Assembly: GCA_947569245.1 (NCBI GenBank)
Contig: CANORV010000003.1
Span: 1-43,234 of the forward strand
Reading direction: 5' to 3'
From: an uncultured Mycoplasmatota bacterium
Lineage (GTDB): Bacteria; Bacillota_I; Bacilli_A; RF39; UBA660
Length of the DNA stretch: 43,234 nucleotides
In this document: positions 38,529 through 43,234 of the stretch, one piece after another
Layout: the number at the start of each line of letters is the position of its first letter
How positions within the stretch are numbered: position 1 is the first letter of the stretch
Position numbers and translations under genes: made by a program
The notes under the pieces: model-generated
What the model was told of the DNA's origin: nothing
Database searches by the model: none
Seen by the model: only the letters and a program-made list of their open reading frames with translations

Positions 38529-39857
38529 CTAATTTTCATGATGATGATTTTCATGATCACAGCTACATTCTTTACAACTACACTCATCATCACCTGCTAA
38601 TTGTTCATCTAAATAATACAAAATATAATCTAAATCAACTGTTTCTTCTTCTTTTGTTATGTTATTTTTTACCTTGATTCTATTTTCTTTTAAGTCTTCA
38701 TCATTTAAAATGATAAGCATTTTACTATTTAGTCTATCTGCTTGTTTAAATTGTGATTTTAGACTTCTATTTGTGTATTCAGTATCACATGAAAAACCAT
38801 TCATTCTTAATTCTTGGATAAGAGTTGTTGCAAATTCTTTTTCTGTTTCTGATACATACATTACAAAAACATCAAGGCTATCATTTATTGGTAAGTTTAT
38901 TTTTGATTCCTCTAAAGCTAACATAAGCCTATCTATACCAGATGCAAAGCCAATTCCAGGAGTAGTTGGTCCACCTAGTGCTTCTACTAAGTCATTATAT
39001 CTTCCACCACCTGCTAAGGCTATTTTGTTTTCAGATCCTTTAATTTTAGCTTCTATTTCAAAAACAGTATGTGAATAATAGTCTAGTCCACGAACAAGAT
39101 TAGAATCAATTTCATATGGTATATCTAATAAAGATAGAAATTTTTGAACTTTTGTAAATCTTTCTTTACTTTCTTTAGTTAAGTAGTCTTTCATATTAGG
39201 TACATTTTTCATAATGTCTAAATCATGATCAACTTTACAATCTAGTACTCTAAGTGGATTTTTTTCAAGTCTTATTTTGCAGTCTTCACATAGTTTATTT
39301 ATATGTGGTTTAAAGTAATCAATTATAGCTTTACGATAATTGTCTCTAGATATTTTATCCCCCAAAGAATTTATTTTTAAAGTTACATCAAGTCCTAAAA
39401 TACGAAAAATATTAAAGGCTAGTGATATTACTTCAGCATCTATCATTTCATCATCACTACCTAAGACTTCTACTCCAAATTGAGTTAATTCTCTATTTCT
39501 TCCTGCTTGTGGTCTTTCATATCTATACATAGTTCCATTGTAGTATAGTTTGGTTGGATTAGTATTATCACCATACATCTTATTTTCAATATAGCTTCTG
39601 ACTACACCAGCTGTTCCTTCTGGTCTAAGAGTTAAGTTTCTTTCTCCTCTATCTTTAAAGTCGTATGTTTCTTTATTAACTATATCACTTGATTCCCCTA
39701 CTGCCCTATGAAACACTTCACTATTTTCAAATAATGGTGTTCTAATATACTGATAGTTATATTTTTCACAAAGTGATGCTAATAAGTTGTTGACATACTC
39801 CCATTTTTTAGCTTCTTTACCATATAGGTCATAACATCCTTTAGCTTTTGTTATCAT
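38529..39857 (-). CDS. hisS: Histidine--tRNA ligase
   Basis: LRPEGTAG, RYERPQAGR, LVRGLDYY and GGGRY. Confidence 0.98.
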   Translation of the reverse strand: MITKAKGCYDLYGKEAKKWEYVNNLLASLCEKYNYQYIRTPLFENSEVFHRAVGESSDIVNKETYDFKDRGERNLTLRPEGTAGVVRSYIENKMYGDNTNPTKLYYNGTMYRYERPQAGRNRELTQFGVEVLGSDDEMIDAEVISLAFNIFRILGLDVTLKINSLGDKISRDNYRKAIIDYFKPHINKLCEDCKIRLEKNPLRVLDCKVDHDLDIMKNVPNMKDYLTKESKERFTKVQKFLSLLDIPYEIDSNLVRGLDYYSHTVFEIEAKIKGSENKIALAGGGRYNDLVEALGGPTTPGIGFASGIDRLMLALEESKINLPINDSLDVFVMYVSETEKEFATTLIQELRMNGFSCDTEYTNRSLKSQFKQADRLNSKMLIILNDEDLKENRIKVKNNITKEEETVDLDYILYYLDEQLAGDDECSCKECSCDHENHHHEN

Positions 39858-39880
39858 ATTTATCCCTCTTTTCTTTAATC

Positions 39881-40080
39881 AAAAAAGGTGACACAGTATA
39901 AGGACGAGATTACTCGTGGTGCCACCTTAATTTCATGATAGTTATCATGCTTATTATATCTTAACGCGATTTATTATTCACGCTTCTTTTTTTATAAAGT
40001 GTCTTCATTATTAAAATAAACGATATCTTCCACCAAATAATATCTCTCTTTAGTTTTTCTAATAATTACTCCTCTTTAAA
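39881..40080 (-). ncRNA. T-box riboswitch leader (Asp specifier) of hisS-aspS
   Basis: Stem I with AGUA, AGAGA and GGUG elements and specifier loop GAA-GAC-A (GAC at 40003-40001); T-box AAGGTGGCACCACG (39928-39915); antiterminator partner CGTCCTT; U-tract at 39886-39881. Confidence 0.9.
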
Positions 40081-40113
40081 GAAGATACTTTTATTTTACT
40101 ACAGGAAGTAAAA

Positions 40114-40800
40114 TCAATCAATAGTTCTTTCAATATTAATTAAGTTTTTTTCGATTAATGACTCATGAATTTGTTCTTCTAAAGTTCCAGTGTAAATTTC
40201 TTCAATTCTATCAACACGGCATTTTTCAGCTAATATAATAGCTTCTATTTTTTTAACAGCTTCATCTACTATATCATTAACAACAACGTAATTGTACTTT
40301 GTTACTTCGTTTAATTCATTGTAAGCACTCTTAAATCTGTCTAATATTTTTTCTTTGTCTTCTAAGCCACGAGCTATAATTCTTCTTTTAACTTCTTCCA
40401 TTGATGGTGCTAAAATAAATATAAGTATGGCATCAGGAAATTTTTCTTTGATGTTTTTGGCTCCCTCTATATTTATTTCTAGTAAGCAGTCAATTCCATT
40501 ATTTAGTTTTTCTAAAATATTAGTTTTTGGTGTTCCATAGTAGTCTTTACCATGAACTATAGCATATTCTAAGAATTCATCGTTTTTTATTTTTTCTAGG
40601 AACTTATCTTTGGTAATAAAGAAGTATTCATTACCTTCAATGTCTCCACCACGAATACTTCTACTAGTATAGGATACACTTCTATATATGTTTTTGTTTT
40701 TCTCTAATAGTTTTTTACTAACTGTACCTTTTCCGGCACAAGTTGTACCGCTTATAATGATAAGATTTCCTTTATTACTAGTTTTAATTGTTTCTCTCAT
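40114..40800 (-). CDS. gmk: Guanylate kinase
   Basis: SGTTCAGKGT, SVSYTSR, EYFF, YYGT and APS. Confidence 0.95.
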   Translation of the reverse strand: MRETIKTSNKGNLIIISGTTCAGKGTVSKKLLEKNKNIYRSVSYTSRSIRGGDIEGNEYFFITKDKFLEKIKNDEFLEYAIVHGKDYYGTPKTNILEKLNNGIDCLLEINIEGAKNIKEKFPDAILIFILAPSMEEVKRRIIARGLEDKEKILDRFKSAYNELNEVTKYNYVVVNDIVDEAVKKIEAIILAEKCRVDRIEEIYTGTLEEQIHESLIEKNLINIERTID

Positions 40801-40818
40801 AGATAATTTTCCTTTTAT

Positions 40819-42441
40819 TTATTTTAGTTTTTCCATAATAGGTGGAACAATTTGTTTTTTTCTAGATACACAACCATCGATATAGTGACCTTGTTCTAAG
40901 GAGTCAATGCCAAAAGCAGATTCTAGCATTTCTTTACTTTTTTCAGTGTATATTATATATGAACCATTTCTTATGATGTCGGTAACTGCTAGTACTACAG
41001 CAGTATAGTCATTCATATCAGCCATATTTTCAATTATTTTTATGTATTCTTCTTTTTCGTTTAAAATATCTTGATAGTTTAGAGTAAAGACTTGACTAAC
41101 AGCAAATTTTAAGTCGTTTACTGGGAATGATTTAATATCAGTTCCAATAATTTCTTCTTTTGTTTTTCCAGCAAGTGAGGTTCCAGCTTTAAACATTTGA
41201 AGTGCGTAGTCAGCATAGTCAAGTTCAGTTATTTCGGCTAGTTTTAGAACAGTTTTTTTATCAAGTTCAGTTGTTGTTGGACTTGTTAATACTAAGGTAT
41301 CAGATAGTATTCCTGATATCATTAATCCCGCTATGTCTTTTGGTATAGGAATATTATTTTCTAAATACATTTGATAGATAATTGTATTAGTACTTCCAAC
41401 GGACATGTTTCTAAAGTTAATTGGGTTGTTTGTTGAAATATTACCTATTTTATGATGGTCTACTACTTCAATAATTTCGGCTTCATCAAGACCTACAGCA
41501 CTTTGTTCTGATTCGTTATGGTCTACTAAAATTACTTTCTTTTTGTTAATGTTAGTTATTCCAGTTATTCTAAGAAGTCCCATACATTTTCCTGTTTTGT
41601 CAATAATTGGATAGTTATTGTGTTTTAATTCCATACTAGTTTTTAAAAAGTCATCATAGTAGTCAGATTCATCAAAGACATGTTGTTTGTTTTTTGGTAT
41701 TAGGTATTTAACGTAGTTACTTAGACCGATAAGTTTGGTAGTATGGAAAGTATCATGATGTGTTCTAATGATGTTGACATGATTCTTTTTAGCTATTTCT
41801 AAATGTTCTTCTTTTATTTCTCCGTTTCCTACAACAATCATAAGTTTGATTTTTGAAGATACGGCATATTCGATAATACTGTGGCGATCTCCTACTATTA
41901 GAATGTGATTATTTTCTAAGTTTATATTGTTTAAAAATGTTGTACTTCTATAAGCTGCAACTAGAAGATTTCCGTTTATTTCATTATCAAATTTTAAGAT
42001 TTCTTCTCCATCAAGTGTTTTTAAGATATTGTCGTATGATGTATTTAAGGTATTAAAGTCTCCACTAATTAAGTCTCTAACGACGTTTTTTACTGTTACA
42101 AGTCCTGAAAACTCTTTATTTTTATCAACGATTGGTACACCTGTTACATTGTGTTCAATCATGTAGTTATAAGTATCATTTACAGATGTATCATCATTGA
42201 TATAAAAGTCTTTTTGATAGTTAACATCTTTTATTTGTAGTTTTACATCGTTTAAATATTTAGGTGTTTTTACTTTGAAATAGTTTAGAACGTATTCGGT
42301 TTCTCTATTTATTTCTCCTAAAACCATTGCTTCAGTATTAAAACCTAATTTATTTTTTAAGTAAGATAAGGCTATAGCACTAGTAACTGAGTCAGTATCT
42401 GGTTTTCTATGTCCAAATATATAAATTTTTTCTTTTTCCAT
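40819..42441 (-). CDS. ppaC: Family II Mn-dependent inorganic pyrophosphatase with a CBS-DRTGG-CBS insert
   Basis: GHRKPDTDS, LVDHNE, VDHH, ILSDT, VSRKKQ; central CBS and VGDR region. ATG 42441 follows AAGGAG. Confidence 0.93.
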   Translation of the reverse strand: MEKEKIYIFGHRKPDTDSVTSAIALSYLKNKLGFNTEAMVLGEINRETEYVLNYFKVKTPKYLNDVKLQIKDVNYQKDFYINDDTSVNDTYNYMIEHNVTGVPIVDKNKEFSGLVTVKNVVRDLISGDFNTLNTSYDNILKTLDGEEILKFDNEINGNLLVAAYRSTTFLNNINLENNHILIVGDRHSIIEYAVSSKIKLMIVVGNGEIKEEHLEIAKKNHVNIIRTHHDTFHTTKLIGLSNYVKYLIPKNKQHVFDESDYYDDFLKTSMELKHNNYPIIDKTGKCMGLLRITGITNINKKKVILVDHNESEQSAVGLDEAEIIEVVDHHKIGNISTNNPINFRNMSVGSTNTIIYQMYLENNIPIPKDIAGLMISGILSDTLVLTSPTTTELDKKTVLKLAEITELDYADYALQMFKAGTSLAGKTKEEIIGTDIKSFPVNDLKFAVSQVFTLNYQDILNEKEEYIKIIENMADMNDYTAVVLAVTDIIRNGSYIIYTEKSKEMLESAFGIDSLEQGHYIDGCVSRKKQIVPPIMEKLK

Positions 42442-42513
42442 TGTATCCACTCCTTAAATCATGTTATTAAGTTTAAACTTATTTAAGGTATTTGTCAATA
42501 AAACTAACTAAAA

Positions 42514-42549
42514 AATTGTAATCAATTCAAAGTTTTAATGATTACAATT
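42514..42549 (-). terminator. Intrinsic terminator
   Basis: AATTGTAATCA-loop-TGATTACAATT with an A-run on the left. Confidence 0.7.
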
Positions 42550-42575
42550 AAAAATGTATTTATATTTTTATTATA

Positions 42576-43232
42576 TTAGTTGAGTGATAACTGGAATGGA
42601 TCTGTACTAGTTCCCGTTCCTGATATGATTTTGATATTTTTAGTTAAGTATAAAGATGGTTTTATTATCCTAATATGTTCGGCATTTTCAGCCCTAACTG
42701 CAAAATTACTATTAAGACTAATAAAATAAATATATCTTTTTTCTACTGGTGTTATAAAATAAAAATTCGATAATGCAAGCCATGAATTTTTGTAACAAAA
42801 TGGATAAGACCCAGAAGAACTCCAGTTATTCATTGTAATTTGTAGACAAGTGTTCTTTTGTTCTATACTTTCTCCACTTGTTGATAAGCCATAGTCACTT
42901 GGATAAATAAGAGCAATCTTTCCAATCCAAGTAGCCGGATTTTCATTATACGTTGTAGTTTCTCGTTCAACATTGTAACTACTAATTGGGTTTAAATAGC
43001 TATTGCTTAAGTTAATAGAACCTAAATTCCACAAACTATTATCTATAATTTGTTTACTTTCTTGTGTTAGTGATTCATAATAAGCAGTGTTTAGGTAATT
43101 GTTTAAAGAGGCATTTTTCCAATTGTTATTACCAGCACTATCCCATGGCAAATTACCAATCGATTGATTTCTTATTATCTTTAGTCTAGTTGCACTATTT
43201 CCTTCACCATCTACTATGTTATTAAAACTTCC
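42576..43232 (-). CDS. C-terminal part of a surface/secreted protein with a DUF6273-like domain (start lies outside the window)
   Basis: The frame stays open to the window end (GSFNNIVDGEGNSATRLKIIRNQSIGNLPWD...). Motifs WKNASLNNYLN, KIALIYPSDY, SWL and KPSLYL..SGTGT..DPF. Confidence 0.7.
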   Translation of the reverse strand, partial: GSFNNIVDGEGNSATRLKIIRNQSIGNLPWDSAGNNNWKNASLNNYLNTAYYESLTQESKQIIDNSLWNLGSINLSNSYLNPISSYNVERETTTYNENPATWIGKIALIYPSDYGLSTSGESIEQKNTCLQITMNNWSSSGSYPFCYKNSWLALSNFYFITPVEKRYIYFISLNSNFAVRAENAEHIRIIKPSLYLTKNIKIISGTGTSTDPFQLSLN

Positions 43233-43234
43233 AA

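Noticed and set aside
903-40885. Many short ORFs antisense to long genes (for example 903-1100, 4102-4368, 12787-13077, 14433-14819, 17859-18107, 27462-27818, 33760-34083, 38659-39078)
   Set aside because: They lie opposite well-supported genes, lack RBSs and have the Ile/Leu/Ser/Phe-rich composition typical of shadow frames in AT-rich DNA.
42576-43234. Possible DGR target (lectin-like C-terminal domain)
   Set aside because: No reverse transcriptase or template/variable repeat pair is visible in this window.

Overview
AT-rich chromosomal window, almost all on the minus strand, using the standard genetic code (TGA is a stop; Trp is TGG). The gene content suggests a spore-forming low-GC Bacillota genome, possibly an RF39-like gut Bacilli lineage (inference). 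The housekeeping backbone is ppaC (CBS type), gmk, a T-box-led hisS-aspS operon, mraZ-rsmH-ftsL-pbp and murG-murB-divIB. The division/cell-wall cluster is split into two halves about 28 kb apart. The intervening block holds a BceRS/BceAB-like module with regulator boxes, a hybrid histidine kinase, a separate Hpt-REC protein, two parallel Coat-F-like cassettes and sspI (all with sigmaG-like promoters), yigZ, recX, an ABC-2 pair, a kinase-DUF92 fusion and a P-type ATPase. It also encodes surface proteins: a prepilin with thrombospondin-1-like repeats, and SipW-type signal-peptide proteins including a BspA/DUF285 LRR. The most notable candidates are a doubly frameshifted HipA-like kinase head-to-head with a HAD-PlsC fusion, the Hpt-sharing phosphorelay pair, an Asp T-box with an atypical terminator, and tandem orphan paralogs. 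No rRNA, tRNA, CRISPR array or mobile element was seen. All family calls come from motif recognition by eye; no searches were run.
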